A DNA stretch of 64,000 bases. It comes from an uncultured Planctomycetota bacterium (GTDB lineage: Bacteria; Planctomycetota; Planctomycetia; Isosphaerales; Isosphaeraceae). The translations under genes and the position numbers were made by a program. The notes under the pieces were generated by a model. It was not told the DNA's origin. It was given only the letters and a program-made list of their open reading frames with translations, and did no database searches. The first letter of the stretch is position 1. Every line of letters begins with the position of its first letter. Where the stretch lies: NCBI GenBank assembly GCA_963737655.1, contig CAVTTN010000002.1, positions 1,376,001 through 1,440,000 of the forward strand, written 5' to 3'. This document shows positions 42,414-54,230 of the stretch, one piece after another.

Positions 42414-45242
42414 CGCCCGACGACTCGGCCTCGGCCCCGGCCCCGATCGCCACCACCACGGCCGCCCGGCCGTTCGCCTCGGCGGCCTCGGAGGATGACC
42501 CTCGGGTCGCCCTCGCGTTGGAGGACTACCTGGAGCGCGACCGCCGGGGGGATCGGCCGCCTCGCGAGGCGTTCCTCGGCCTGTATCCCGAGATCGCCGA
42601 GGCGCTGGCGGAGTGCCTCGATGGCCTGGAGTTCGTCCGGTCGGCCGCCGGGGGGCTGGCCGGGGCCTGCGATGCGGAGCCGGGCGACGACGAGGCCCCG
42701 TTGCCGGTCGTCCTGGGGGAGTACCGGATCGTCCGCGAGCTCGGCCGGGGCGGGATGGGCGTGGTGTACGAGGCCGAGCAGGAGACCCTCGGCCGCAAGG
42801 TCGCGCTGAAGGTCTTGCCGTTCGCCGCGTCGCTGGACCCGAGGCAGCTCCAACGGTTCCGGGTCGAGGCGCAGGCGGCGGCGCAGTTGCATCACCCTCA
42901 CATCGTCCCGGTGTTCGCGGTCGGGAGCGACCGGGGGACGCACTACTACGCCATGCAGTTCATCGAGGGCCGGACGCTCGCGGCGACGATCCGGGAGCTT
43001 CGAAGGCTGGGCGGTTCGAGCCGGGGGGCGGCGATCTTTTCCCTGGACGGGAAGGGGCCCGCGGTCGAGCCGACTTCCGAGCTGGCGACGACGATCTCGG
43101 CCGCCGGCCCGGGCGAGTCGGCGTCTCGAAGGGCGCGACCCGGGGAGCCGCCGTCGTCGCCGTCGGCCCGGGGGCGGGCCTGGGCCCGGGTCGTGGCCCG
43201 GCTGGGCCTCCAGGCGGCCGAGGCCCTGGAGCATGCGCATTCGCTGGGCGTCCTCCACCGCGACGTGAAGCCGGCGAATCTCATGATCGACCCCCGGGGC
43301 GACCTCTGGATCACCGACTTCGGCCTCGCCCGGTTCCGCGACGACCCCGGCCCGACCCGCACCGGCGACCTCCTGGGCACCCTTCGTTATATGAGCCCGG
43401 AGCAGGTCCGCGCCAAACGCGGGGTGGTCGATGAGCGGTCGGACGTCTATTCGCTGGGCGTGACCCTGTACGAGGCGGCCGTCCTCCGCCCGGCGTTCCA
43501 CGGGAGGGACCGCCCGTCGGTCCTCCATCAGGTGCTCAACGACGAGCCGACGGCCCCCCGGAGGATCGACCCGACGATCCCGCGGGACCTGGAGACGATC
43601 ATCCTCAAGGCGATGGCCAAGGCGCCCGAGTCGCGGTACGGATCGGCCCGGGAGCTGGCCGACGACCTCCGCCGGTTCCTGGCCGATGAGATGATCCTGG
43701 CCCGCCGGCCCTCGCCGTGGGAGCGATCGGCGAAGTGGGTCCGGCGGCACGGGACGGCCGTGACGTCGGCCTCGGCGATGCTGGTCCTGGCCTCGACGAT
43801 CTCCGCCGGGCTGCTGTGGCGAGAGATGGGGCACGTGGCCGAGTCCGTCCGGTCGGAGAGGCAGGCGAGGCTCCGCGAGAGGAAGGTCCTGGAGTCGGTC
43901 TTCGCCGGGTCGGACGACGTGACGATGCAGTCGATGGCGAAGGTCACCGAGGCGAACAACAAGGGGCAGGAGGGCTGGGACGCCCCGGGCTATTACCGGA
44001 CGGCCCTGTCGTTCTACGCCAACATCGCCCACCAGGCCGAGGCCGATCGCGAGCCTCCGGCCGCTGAGGGCGAGGGCCCTGGGCCGGGTGGGGTTCTGCG
44101 AGATGATGCTCGCCCATTCCGAGGGCCCGGGCGTCGCCCGGGGCGAGCCGAAGGCCGAGGCCGCCTACCGCCTCCACGTCGGCGAGGCCGAGGCCGCCTA
44201 TCGCCGGTCCGTGGCCACGTTCCAGGAGATCCTGGGCGGCCCCGGGGCCGAGGCGGCCGATCGCAAGTGGATGGCCCACGTCCTGTCCGACTGGGCCTTC
44301 CTGGCGATGGCCACCCGGGGCCTGGGCGCGGCCGAGCCGCTCTATCTCCGGTCCCTGGCGACGGCCCGGGAGGCGGCGTGGTCCGCCCCGAGCGAGGCGG
44401 CCGACCTCCACGACGTGGCCTCCGCCCACCTCCACTGGGCCGGCGTCCTGGACGACGCCCGACGCCCCCGAGACGCCGAGGCCGTCCGCCGAGAGATCGT
44501 CGAGTTCCACTCCGCGATGGCCGGGCGCCTCCCGGCCGACCGCCGGCTCCTCCGCGAGATGGCCTCGACCTACACCGGCCTGGGCGTCGAGTCCCAGGCG
44601 GACCGCCGGCGCAACGCGGAGACCTTCTATCGCCTGGCCCTGATCCTCGACCCCGAGTTCTCCGTGGCCCGGAACAACCTGGCGTGGCTCCTGGTCAGCC
44701 GGCCCGACGCCCCCCAGTTCGACCCGGCTCGGGGGATCGAGATGGCCCGCAAGCTCGTCGAGGAGCACCCCCGCGATCGCGCCTTCTGGAACACTCTGGG
44801 CGTCGCCTACTACCGGGGCGGCGACTGGAAGGCCGCCGCCGAGGCCATCGAGAGGTCCGCCGGCCTGCCCAGCGGCGGAGACGCCCACGACCGCTTCTTC
44901 CTCGCCATGATCTACTGGAAGCTCGGCGACAAGGCCCGCGCCCGAAAGAATTTCGACCTGGGCCTGGCCTGGATCAAGGGCCACCCCTCGGCGACCGACG
45001 AGGAGATCGCCCAGTTCCGCGACGAGGCCGCCCTGGTCCTCGGCCCTCGGCCCGAGCCGGCCGACTCCGCCTCGAACCCCGGGGGGCCCGCCTCGCCCTC
45101 CGAGGACCTCAATCCGCCCGGGCCCCTCCCCCCGGGCCACCCGGCCTTGAAAATCCCCAATCCCTCGGGGACGCGATGCCCCGAGGCGATCAGGAGAACT
45201 GAAGCTCGACGACCGACACCCCGGGTTTCCCTCCGGGGGTGA
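42410..45242 (+). CDS. Ser/Thr kinase with TPR C-terminus (1-bp frameshift ~44048)
   Basis: GRGGMG, HRDVKPAN, DFG, YMSPEQ; TPR region (NNLAWLL, WNTLGVAYYR) in ORF 44088-45242. Confidence 0.88.
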
Positions 45243-45645
45243 AGCCCAGCGAAAGCGTCCCTCGCCCGGCCTCGCGGAAGAACGCCGACTCGCTGCCCGA
45301 GGCCGGCTCGCGGCCCGTCGCCGAGAACGTCAGGGACGCCCCCGAACCCGACACCCGGAGCGTCAGCCAGTTGGCCGACGCGCGGAGCGTGAGCGTCCCC
45401 CTCGTCGAGCCGCCCACGGTCACCAGCGTCCCCGAAACGACCGTCCGGCCCACCGGAGCCAGCGGCCCGACCCCCGCGAGCCTCATCGTCTGCCGGATCG
45501 GCAACGCCCTCAGATGGGCCGTCGCCACCACCGAGCCGACGAGATGAATCGGCACCGGGGTGATTGGCGGCGCCATCGAGAACCCCATCGGCAGCTCTCG
45601 GGATTCCAGGGATTCCACCGACGGGCGGCGCGATCGAGGCGGCAT
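45190..45645 (-). CDS. Small protein with planctomycete extracellular N-terminal signature
   Basis: RRPSVESLESRELP followed by a beta-rich body. Confidence 0.7.
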   Translation of the reverse strand: MPPRSRRPSVESLESRELPMGFSMAPPITPVPIHLVGSVVATAHLRALPIRQTMRLAGVGPLAPVGRTVVSGTLVTVGGSTRGTLTLRASANWLTLRVSGSGASLTFSATGREPASGSESAFFREAGRGTLSLGFTPGGKPGVSVVELQFS

Positions 45646-45671
45646 GGCGGGCTCCTTCGGGGCCGGGGCCT

Positions 45672-46217
45672 TCAGGCGTTGGTGAGCGTCCAGCCCGTCA
45701 GCACGTCCTTCCCCGGCTCCCTCCTGGCCATCAGGCGCGGGGCGACGTGGCGGTTCCGGGGGTTGAAGTACCAGATCACGGACCCATCGGCCTTCGAGGT
45801 CGCCGGGCCGAGCACCGCCTCGGCCTCCTCGATCGTCATGCCGTCCTTCAGGACCCCCGTCCGGATCAGGGCACCCCAGATCATCCGATTCCCCGGGACC
45901 TGCGGCGCGAGCCTCCGGGCGAGCTGGGCGGCCTCGGCGCGGACGGCGACGTCCTCGGGCTTCTCCCGGAGCGCCCGGTCGAGGTATCCCATCAGGCGGA
46001 GCTCCGTGGCGAGCCGGTCCGGCCCCGACTTCGCCGCGTCGTCCCGGGCCCGGTCCCTCTCGCCCCGGAGCGCCTCCACGGCCGAGCGCAGGACCCGGTT
46101 CTCGGCCTCCAGCCGCCGGATCTGGGCGCGGAGGTCGGCGGCCTCGTCGCCGGCCGAGGCCGCCTCGCCCAGGGCCATCGGCGTGATCATCACCACCAGG
46201 GCGAGGAGTCTCTTCAT
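45672..46217 (-). CDS. Secreted hypothetical protein (coiled coil plus SmpA/BamE-like tail)
   Basis: MKRLLALVV signal; LKDGMTIEEAEAVLGP..WYF. Confidence 0.65.
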   Translation of the reverse strand: MKRLLALVVMITPMALGEAASAGDEAADLRAQIRRLEAENRVLRSAVEALRGERDRARDDAAKSGPDRLATELRLMGYLDRALREKPEDVAVRAEAAQLARRLAPQVPGNRMIWGALIRTGVLKDGMTIEEAEAVLGPATSKADGSVIWYFNPRNRHVAPRLMARREPGKDVLTGWTLTNA

Positions 46218-46409
46218 CGCGGGGTCCCTCCGTCGGTCGGCACCCGTCCCCCGGGTGGCATCGTTGAAGATAGCCTGATCGGTCGCCGAAGTCGAGCGGG
46301 GCCGGCGAACTTCGCCCGCCTCACGGGGCGATTGACCGGGCCCGCCACTCGCCCTAGATTGGCGGTTCACCCCGACCTCCTCCCGGCCTCCATCGCGGAG
46401 AACGCATCG

Positions 46410-47363
46410 ATGTCCTCTCCCCTGAGCAAGATCAGCCGCCGCGACTTCGTCCGAGGGTCGCTCGCCGGGGCCGCCGCCCTGGGCCTGGGCGCCCGATCCG
46501 CCCTCGCCCTGGCCGACGAGCCCTCCGGCGAACCCAGGCCCGGCAAGATCGGCGACTTCAAGATCTCCCTGGCCGAGTGGTCGCTCCACCAGGCGCTCTT
46601 CGGCCGCAAGGGCGACAAGATCGACAACCTCGACTTCCCCAAGATCGCCCGCGAGCAGTTCGACATCTCGGGATGCGAGTTCGTGAACCAGTTCTTCAAG
46701 GACAAGGCCCACGATTCCGCCTACCTCCGCGACCTGAAGAAGCGGGCCGACGACCACGGCGTGACCTGCGTCCTGATCATGATCGACGGCGAGGGCGACC
46801 TCTCCGAACCCGACAAGGCCAAGAGGAATCAGGCCGTCGAGAACCACAAGAAGTGGGTCGATGCCGCCGCCGCCCTGGGCTGCCACTCGATCCGGGTGAA
46901 CACCGGCGCCCACTACAGCGCCACCGACGTCGCCTCCGCCGCCGAGGGCTGCGGCGCCCTGACCGAATACGGCGACTCGCACAAGATCAACATCATCTGC
47001 GAGAACCACGGAGGACCGTCCAGCGACCCCGACGCCCTCCTCGCCCTGATCAAGAAGGTCAACCACCCCCGGTTCGGGACCCTGCCCGACTTCGGCAACT
47101 TCCCCGACAAGAAGCACGTCTACGCCCCGATCGCCCGGATGATGCCCTACGCCAAGGGCGTCTCGGCCAAGAGCTACGACTTCGACGACTCGGGCAAGGA
47201 GACCCAGCTCGACTTCGCCCGAATCCTCAAGATCGTCACCGACGCCGGCTATCACGGCTGGGTCGGCATCGAATACGAAGGCTCCCGCCTCTCCGAGCCC
47301 GAGGGCATCAAGGCCACCAAGAAGCTCCTGGAATCGCTCAAGGGGGCCGAATACAAGGGTTGA
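46410..47363 (+). CDS. Tat-exported sugar phosphate isomerase/epimerase (TIM barrel)
   Basis: SRRDFV Tat motif, ISLAEWSLH, ENHGG, LPDFGNF, GIEYEG. Confidence 0.9.
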   Translation: MSSPLSKISRRDFVRGSLAGAAALGLGARSALALADEPSGEPRPGKIGDFKISLAEWSLHQALFGRKGDKIDNLDFPKIAREQFDISGCEFVNQFFKDKAHDSAYLRDLKKRADDHGVTCVLIMIDGEGDLSEPDKAKRNQAVENHKKWVDAAAALGCHSIRVNTGAHYSATDVASAAEGCGALTEYGDSHKINIICENHGGPSSDPDALLALIKKVNHPRFGTLPDFGNFPDKKHVYAPIARMMPYAKGVSAKSYDFDDSGKETQLDFARILKIVTDAGYHGWVGIEYEGSRLSEPEGIKATKKLLESLKGAEYKG

Positions 47364-47451
47364 GATCGTCGACGGCGCCAAGCTTCCCTCGTCCCCGCCC
47401 CCCGCGTCGGGACGAGGGAGATTCACCCGTCGCCCCATGTCAGGAGTCGCG

Positions 47452-48324
47452 ATGAGACGGAACGAGCCGCCCCCGATCGCCGAACCGAGGCGCCGACGGA
47501 TCGCCTTCGGCTGGTACGGCGGCAAATTTTCTCATCTCGAATGGTTGTTGCCATCATTGCCCGATTGCCGGCACTACTGCGAGCCGTTCGCCGGCTCCGC
47601 CGCCGTCCTCCTGAACCGCCCGCCGTCGCCCGTGGAGACGTACAACGACCTCGACGGCGAGGTCGTCAACTTCTTCCGCACCCTGAGGGCCGAGAAGGCC
47701 GCGCTGATCGAGGCCATCGGCCTGACCCCGTTCTCTCGCGAGGAATTCGCGCTGGCCTGCGAGATCGACCCGGATCTAGCCCCCCTCGAACGCGCCCGAC
47801 GGTTCTACGTGAGGGCCCGCCAGGTCCGCACCGGCCTGGCGCAGACGGCCAGCCTCGGCCGATGGGCCAACTGCAAGGACACCAGCCGGGCCGGGATGAG
47901 CGGCGTGATCAGCCGATGGCTCGGCGGCGTCGAGGCGCTGCCCGGGATCGCTGATCGCCTCCTCCGGGTCCAGATCGAGAACCGGCCCGCCCTCGATGTC
48001 ATCCGATTGTATGATGCTCCCAGCACATTATTCTATTGCGATCCGCCCTACATCCACGACACCCGCGGCGACTCGAAGGCGTACGGCCACGAGATGACCG
48101 ACGACGAGCACCGCGCCCTCGCCTCGGCATTGAACGCCGCATCGGGCCGGGTCGCCCTGTCCAACTACGACTGCGAACTCATGAACGCGCTCTACCCCGC
48201 GCCGAAATGGCGGAAGCTCGCCGGACCGGCCCGGACGATCCACTCGACGAAGGGTTCGCGGGCGGAGATTCTATGGACGAATTATGACGTACCGGCGCCA
48301 CCATCTGGTGAATCACCCTCGTAG
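47452..48324 (+). CDS. Orphan D12/Dam-class DNA adenine methyltransferase
   Basis: WYGGK, EPFAGS, YNDLD, YCDPPY, EILWTNY. Confidence 0.9.
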   Translation: MRRNEPPPIAEPRRRRIAFGWYGGKFSHLEWLLPSLPDCRHYCEPFAGSAAVLLNRPPSPVETYNDLDGEVVNFFRTLRAEKAALIEAIGLTPFSREEFALACEIDPDLAPLERARRFYVRARQVRTGLAQTASLGRWANCKDTSRAGMSGVISRWLGGVEALPGIADRLLRVQIENRPALDVIRLYDAPSTLFYCDPPYIHDTRGDSKAYGHEMTDDEHRALASALNAASGRVALSNYDCELMNALYPAPKWRKLAGPARTIHSTKGSRAEILWTNYDVPAPPSGESPS

Positions 48325-49242
48325 GGTCCGCTCTCGCGGACCCTCCAGGAGCCGCAGCGCCAGCGCCAGCGAATCGAGCCGCGTCCTCACGTCGTCGGCG
48401 CGGGACATGAACACGACCGGGTGCGAGGTGCCCTTGAGGATGCCTCCGAATCGGCAGTCGGCCGTGTACATGATCGCCTTGACCGTGAGGTTGGCCGAGG
48501 AGAGGTCGGGGAAGATCATCACGTCCGCCTCGCCGACGACCGAGCCGCCGATCCCCTTGCGGCCGGCGGCCTTGGGGGCGTAGGCGAGGTCGAACGACAG
48601 CGGCCCTTCGAGGACCATCCCGGGGAACTCGCCGAGGAGCGACCGGCGGGCGAGCTCGGCGGCGTCGAACGTGTCGGGCAGGGTGTCGATGACCTTCTCG
48701 CTGGCCGACATCATCGCCACCCTCGGCACCTCCGCGCCCAGCGAACGGGCCACCGAGGCGGCCATCTCGATCAGCTCGATCTTCTTCGCGAGCTTCGGGC
48801 GGACCATCACGCCGGTGTCGGCCAGGAGGAACCGGCGGCCGTCGCGGAGGACCTCCATCAGGACGACCTGGGCCACCGATCGACCCGAGCGGAGGCCGTT
48901 CTCGGGGTCGAGGATCGCGTGCATGAGATCGGGCGTCGAAACGCGCCCCTTCATGAGCATCGCGGCGCGACCCGATCGGACCTCCGCCACCGCCCTGGGG
49001 CCGATCTCCGGGTCCTCGGCCTCGACGATCGCGAACCCGTCCAGATCCTCGCCAAGCTCGCGAGCCACCTCGCGGATCATCGCCTCGCGACCGACCAGGA
49101 CCGGCCGAACCCAGCCGCGATCCAGGGCGATCCGCATCGCCTCCACGACCGTCGGGTCGGCCCCGCCGGCCACGGCCACCGCCACGGCCTCACCCGGCTT
49201 CCGGGCATCGGCCTCTTCGTGAAGAACGTCGAATCCGATCAT
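48313..49242 (-). CDS. Phosphate acyltransferase (Ptb/Pta family)
   Basis: AMLMKG, LADTG, EGPLSFDLA, VVFMSRAD. Confidence 0.88.
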   Translation of the reverse strand: MIGFDVLHEEADARKPGEAVAVAVAGGADPTVVEAMRIALDRGWVRPVLVGREAMIREVARELGEDLDGFAIVEAEDPEIGPRAVAEVRSGRAAMLMKGRVSTPDLMHAILDPENGLRSGRSVAQVVLMEVLRDGRRFLLADTGVMVRPKLAKKIELIEMAASVARSLGAEVPRVAMMSASEKVIDTLPDTFDAAELARRSLLGEFPGMVLEGPLSFDLAYAPKAAGRKGIGGSVVGEADVMIFPDLSSANLTVKAIMYTADCRFGGILKGTSHPVVFMSRADDVRTRLDSLALALRLLEGPRERTLRG

Positions 49243-49277
49243 CGCCTCTCCACCCACCTCGAAGTGCATCATGTAGG

Positions 49278-49388
49278 GTGCATGAAATGCACAAGGATTT
49301 GTCGTGCAGGAAATGCACAAGGATTTGTCGTGCGGGAAATGCACCATCTGCGGCCTTCCGTCAATCGACGATGGCGCATTTCCTGCAC
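49278..49388. repeat. 26-bp tandem repeat of palindrome GTGCAGGAAATGCAC (three copies) plus one inverted copy
   Basis: Units at 49278, 49304 and 49330 separated by identical AAGGATTTGTC; inverted GCGCATTTCCTGCAC 49374-88. Confidence 0.9.
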
Positions 49389-49389
49389 C

Positions 49390-50184
49390 CTACGTCCCGG
49401 TCCACTCGGGCGGCCGCTTCCGGAGGAACGCGGAGATGCCCTCCTGGGCGTCTCGGCGGAGGGCGTTGTCGGTCATCACGGCCGAGGCGCGATCATAGGC
49501 CTCGGGCTCGTCCAGGGCCAGGCCGTCGTAAAACGCCGCCTTGCCGAGGCGGATCGTCAACGGGCTGGCCGCGACGATCGCATCCGTGAACTCTTTCACG
49601 ACTTCATCCAGGCGACCGTCGGGGACGACCCGGTTGACCAGCCCGAGCTCCCGGGCCCGAGTCGCCGAGATCGTCGCGCCGGTCAGGAGCATCTCCATCG
49701 CGGCCTTCGGCGGGATCGCCCGGACGAGCGGGACCATCGGCGTGGTGCAGAACAGGCCGATCTTGACGCCCGGCGTGCCGAACGTCGCCGATTCCGCCGC
49801 CACCGCCAGGTCGCACGCCGCCACGAGCTGGCAGCCCGCCGCCAGGGCCGGCCCCTGGACCCTGGCGATCACCGGCTGGGGCAATCGACGGAGCGTTTGC
49901 ATCACCCGGGAGCATCTCGCGAAAATCTCCGCATATTCCGATTCCGAACGCCCGATCATCTCCGCCAGGTCATGACCCGACGAGAACACCGAGCCCTTCG
50001 CCGCGATCACCACGACCCTCGCCGATCGGTCGCTCCCGACCCGATCGAGGGCCTCGCCCAGCTCGATCAGGAGCGATTCGGAGAGGGCATTGCGGCGATC
50101 GGGCCGGTCCAGGGTCAGCCGGACCACGCCCCCGTCGCTCGTCAACTCCAGGCCCGATCGGGCCTCGGCCGTCGGATTCGTCAT
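49390..50184 (-). CDS. Enoyl-CoA hydratase/isomerase
   Basis: [33 protein letters not shown]. Confidence 0.92.
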   Translation of the reverse strand: MTNPTAEARSGLELTSDGGVVRLTLDRPDRRNALSESLLIELGEALDRVGSDRSARVVVIAAKGSVFSSGHDLAEMIGRSESEYAEIFARCSRVMQTLRRLPQPVIARVQGPALAAGCQLVAACDLAVAAESATFGTPGVKIGLFCTTPMVPLVRAIPPKAAMEMLLTGATISATRARELGLVNRVVPDGRLDEVVKEFTDAIVAASPLTIRLGKAAFYDGLALDEPEAYDRASAVMTDNALRRDAQEGISAFLRKRPPEWTGT

Positions 50185-50199
50185 CGCGGGCCCTCGCTT

Positions 50200-50801
50200 T
50201 CAAGGCAGGACGTCCTTCACGGCGATCCGGCCGAGCTCGCGACCGTCCAGGACGAGCGGGATTTCGGCCGTCTCGTCGTGGATCGCCTCGCCCCGATACG
50301 CCGCGGCCTTCCCCTCGCCCGAAGGCTCGGAGAACGCCTCGATCCGCCTCATCGGGATGTTCACGATCCAGTAGAGAGGGACGCGAGCGGCGGCGTGGCG
50401 CCGCCAGTTCGCACCCCGATCCTTCGCATACGACGTGTCGGCGACCTCGACGACGAGCGTAACGTCCTTCGGCCCCGGCGCGGCCCCGAAAGTCCTGCCG
50501 AGCCCCCGGGCGATCACCAGATCGGGCCCGGGCCGCGACCAGCGGTCGAGGTTCATCGACTTCTCCTCGCGGACGTGCAGGCCGTCCGGCAAGAGGAGCC
50601 TCAGCCGGTCGGCGAGCATCCCCACGCCGAAGTCGTGCGGGTCGTTCTTGGTCATCCCGCCGACGAGCCTCCCGCCGATCAGGACGACGTCCGAGGAGTC
50701 CTGGAATATGCCGATATTGATCATTTTCAAGTATTGATCGACGGTCAGGCGATAGGGCCGGGGCCCGCCTTCGACGCTCCGCTTGTGGCGTCGGTCTCCA
50801 T
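50200..50801 (-). CDS. Uma2 family endonuclease (frameshift in C-run ~50762)
   Basis: YRLTVDQYLKM, VVEVADTS, YWIVN; RBS plus ATG 50801 needs one extra C. Confidence 0.8.
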
Positions 50802-50857
50802 CCCGTCCTCCCCGTTCGCCGATGGGATTGGGTCCTTCGGACGCCTCCGAGGACCGA

Positions 50858-51489
50858 TTATGTGAGGACGTCCTTGACCGCGATCCGCCCGAGCTCGCGG
50901 CCTTCGAGGACGAGCGGGACCTCGGCGTCTTCTTCATGGAGCACCGCGACGCGATAGGACGCGGATCGGCCCCGTCCGGCCGGATCGGCATAGGCCTCGA
51001 TCCTCCGTTCGAGGGTGTTCAAGATCCAATAACGAGGAATTCCTGAAGCAGCATAACGTCTCCATTTGTCGCCCCGGTCGATCCTGTACGACGAGTCGGA
51101 GACCTCCGCGATCAGGCCGATGTCGGCGGCCCTCGGGTGCCGGCGCCGGTAGTTCGTCCGGGGCCCTCGCGCCACGACGATGTCCGGCTCCGGCTCCGAA
51201 AGCGCCCCAACACGATCGGCTTCTCCTGGCGATCCGTCCATTCCCGGGGCAGCATGTCGGCGATTCGATGCCGGAGTTCATCGACACCGAAGGCGTGAGG
51301 TTCGTCCTGCGTCATCTTCTTGAAGAGGATCCCCCCGAGGAGTTCGATCCGGTCGCGATCGCGAAAAATCCCCGCATCGATCATCTTCTTGAACTGCCCG
51401 ACGGTCAGCCGATAGGGCCGGATGCCCGATCGGCCGGCCGCCTCGCCGGGTTCCGTCCTCGTCGCCTCGGGCACCACGTCGGTGGCCAT
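50858..51489 (-). CDS. Uma2 family endonuclease (frameshift in T-run ~51200)
   Basis: YRLTV..IELLGG, then SEPEPD, AEVSDSS..DK..YA..GIPRYWI. Confidence 0.85.
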
Positions 51490-51521
51490 CCTGTCTCCTC
51501 CTTCGCCTTCGGATCGCCGGA

Positions 51522-53196
51522 TTATCGCGTGAGCGCCTTGTACCGGATGCGGTGCGGCTGGTCGGCCTCCAGGCCGAGCCTCTCCTTGCGCTGGGCCTCG
51601 TAGGTCTGGTAATTGCCGTCGCACCAGACGACGCTGGAATCCCCCTCGAACGCCAGGATGTGGGTGGCCACTCGGTCGAGGAACCAGCGGTCGTGGCTGA
51701 TCACCACGGCGCATCCGCCGAAGTCCAGGAGGGCCTCTTCCAGGGCCCTGAGCATGTCGATATCCAGATCATTTGTGGGCTCGTCGAGCAGGAGCAGGTT
51801 CCCGCCGCTCTTGAGGAGCTTCGCCAGGTGGACGCGGTTTCGCTCGCCTCCGGAGAGGTTGCCGACCTTCTTCTCCTGGTCGGGCCCCTTGAAATTGAAG
51901 CTCGCCACATACGCCCGGGCCGGCACCTTGCGCTTGCCGAGCTGGACCTGATCGACGCCCCCGGTGATCTCCTGGAAGATCGTGTTGTCCGGGTTCAGCG
52001 TCTCCCGGCTCTGATCGACATACGAGGAGACGACGGTGTTGCCCACGCGGAGCTCGCCGCCGTCGGGCGTCTCCTGGCCGACGATCATCCGGAACAGCGT
52101 CGTCTTGCCCGCGCCGTTCGGGCCGATCACGCCGACGATCCCTCCGGGAGGGAGGCGGAAGCTCATCTCCTCGAACAAAAGCCGCTCGCCGTAGCCCTTC
52201 TTGACGTCCTTGGCCTCGACGACGAGGTCGCCCAGGTGGGGGCCGGCGGGGATCTGGAGGATCACCGCCTCGTCGCGCTTTTCCGAGTCTTGCGCGGCGA
52301 GCTGTTCATACCTCTGGAGCCTCGCCCGGTTCTTCGCCACCCGGGCCCGGGGCGCCAGGCGGACCCATTCGAGCTCGCGCTGGAGGGTCTTCCGCCGGTT
52401 GCTCTCCTGCTTCTCCTCCTTGGCGAGCCTCTGCTCCTTCTGCTCCAGCCAGCTCGAATAATTCCCCTGCCAGGGGATGCCCTGGCCGCGGTCGAGCTCG
52501 AGGATCCAGCCGGCGACGTTGTCGAGGAAGTAGCGGTCGTGGGTCACGGCCACGACGGTCCCCGGGTACTCCTGCAGGTGCCGTTCGAGCCACGCCACGC
52601 TCTCGGCGTCGAGGTGGTTCGTCGGCTCGTCCAGGAGCAGGATATCGGGCTTCTGGAGGAGCAGCTTGCACAGGGCCACCCGGCGCTTCTCGCCGCCGGA
52701 GAGCTTCGTGACGTCGGCGTCGCCCGGAGGGAGCCTCATCGCGTCCATCGCGATCTCGAGCTGGCGGTCCAGGTCCCAGGCGTTGGCGGCCTCGATCTTG
52801 TCTTGCAGGGTGGCCTGCTCGTCGACGAGCTTCTCCATCTCGTCGGCGTCGGGCCCTTCGCCGAAACTGCGCGTTGATGGCCTCATATCGGTCCAGGAGC
52901 GCCTTCGTCGGCGCCACGGCCTCCATGACGTTTCCCAGGACGTCCTTCGTGGCGTCGAGCGTCGGCTCCTGGGACAGGTAGCCGATCGTCACGCCCGAGG
53001 CGGGCCGGGCCGTGCCGAGGAAGTCCTTCTCGACGCCCGCCATGATCCGCAACAGCGTGCTCTTGCCCGCGCCGTTGCCGCCCAGGACGCCGATCTTCGC
53101 CCCCGGGTAGAACGACAGCCAGATGTTCTTCAGAACATCCTTCTTGCCATGGGCCTTGGACAGGTTCTCGATCGTAAAGATATACTGCGGAGGCAT
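51522..53196 (-). CDS. ettA: Energy-dependent translational throttle ABC-F protein (frameshift ~52865)
   Basis: [38 protein letters not shown]-terminal QPHRIRYK. Confidence 0.92.
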
Positions 53197-53346
53197 TTCG
53201 GGGCGCTCATCGGGTCGGGTCCAGGGCCGGCGAAGGTCGCCCGCCTCATCCTCGATATTAGACCCGAACCCCCGCCCCGGGGGGAAGGCCAGCCGCCTGC
53301 GGATCGCCGGCCGCCTCTCTGGTACACTCTCGGCCGCACTCTCCCA

Positions 53347-53371
53347 CCGATCCGATCCGATCCGATCCGAC
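53347..53371 (+). repeat. (CCGAT)4 CCGAC microsatellite
   Basis: ccgatccgatccgatccgatccgac just upstream of the SDR start. Confidence 0.8.
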
Positions 53372-53386
53372 CCGGGGCCCATTGCG

Positions 53387-54157
53387 ATGATCCGCGACCT
53401 CTTCGACCTGACCGGCAAGACCGCCCTCGTCACCGGAGGGAGCAAGGGCATCGGCAAGAGCCTGGCCCGGGGGCTGGCCGAGGCCGGCGCCGACGTCGTG
53501 ATCTCCAGCCGCCACGAGGACGAGCTCCGCGCCGCCTCGTCCGCCATCGCCGAGGGCCTCTCCATCCGAGTCGCCCACGTCGTCGCCGACCTCTCCCGCC
53601 GGGGCGAGGCCGACCGACTCGCCGCCGACGCCCTCGCCGCATTCGGGAAAATCGACATCCTCATCAACAACGCCGGGAGCAACTGCCCCCAGCCGATCGA
53701 CGAACTCAAGGATGAAGACTGGGACCGGATCCACGAGTTGAATCTCGCGTCCTGCATGGCCCTGACTCGCGCCCTGGCCCCGGGCATGAAAGCACGTCGC
53801 TGGGGCCGGATCGTGAACATTTCCTCGATCCTCGGCATGGCCTCGGCGGCGGGACGCAGCACCTATTCCTCGTCCAAGAGCGGGTTGATCGGGCTCACGC
53901 AGGCCAACGCGGCGGACCTCGGCCCGTTCGGGGTGACGGTCAACGCCATCGCCCCCGGCCCGTTCGTCACCGAGCTCACCGCCGCCATGCTCCCGCCCGA
54001 GACCCGCGACGCCCTGGGCAAGCGCACCGCCCTGGGCCGATGGGGCGAGACCCACGAACTCATCGGCCCCACCCTGATGCTCGCCAGCGACGCCGGAAGC
54101 TACATCACCGGGGCCACGATCGTCGTCGATGGCGGGATTTTGGCGAGGGTCTGGTAG
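53387..54157 (+). CDS. SDR family oxidoreductase
   Basis: [27 protein letters not shown]. Confidence 0.93.
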   Translation: MIRDLFDLTGKTALVTGGSKGIGKSLARGLAEAGADVVISSRHEDELRAASSAIAEGLSIRVAHVVADLSRRGEADRLAADALAAFGKIDILINNAGSNCPQPIDELKDEDWDRIHELNLASCMALTRALAPGMKARRWGRIVNISSILGMASAAGRSTYSSSKSGLIGLTQANAADLGPFGVTVNAIAPGPFVTELTAAMLPPETRDALGKRTALGRWGETHELIGPTLMLASDAGSYITGATIVVDGGILARVW

Positions 54158-54230
54158 ACGAGAAGGCTCGATCGAGGCCGGTTCGCTCGCCCGTCCTCCT
54201 CTCCCGACTCGGGGACGGACGAGGGCCGGC

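Noticed and set aside
49278..49344. Mini-CRISPR array
   Set aside because: Linkers are identical and only 11 bp; no cas genes in the window
50200..51489. Tandem Uma2 genes as a restriction system with the nearby methylase
   Set aside because: Uma2 paralogs are abundant and often tandem in planctomycetes, and two metabolic genes separate them from the methylase
52860..52875. Programmed frameshift in ettA
   Set aside because: One extra T in a short run fits the window-wide indel pattern; no slippery heptamer
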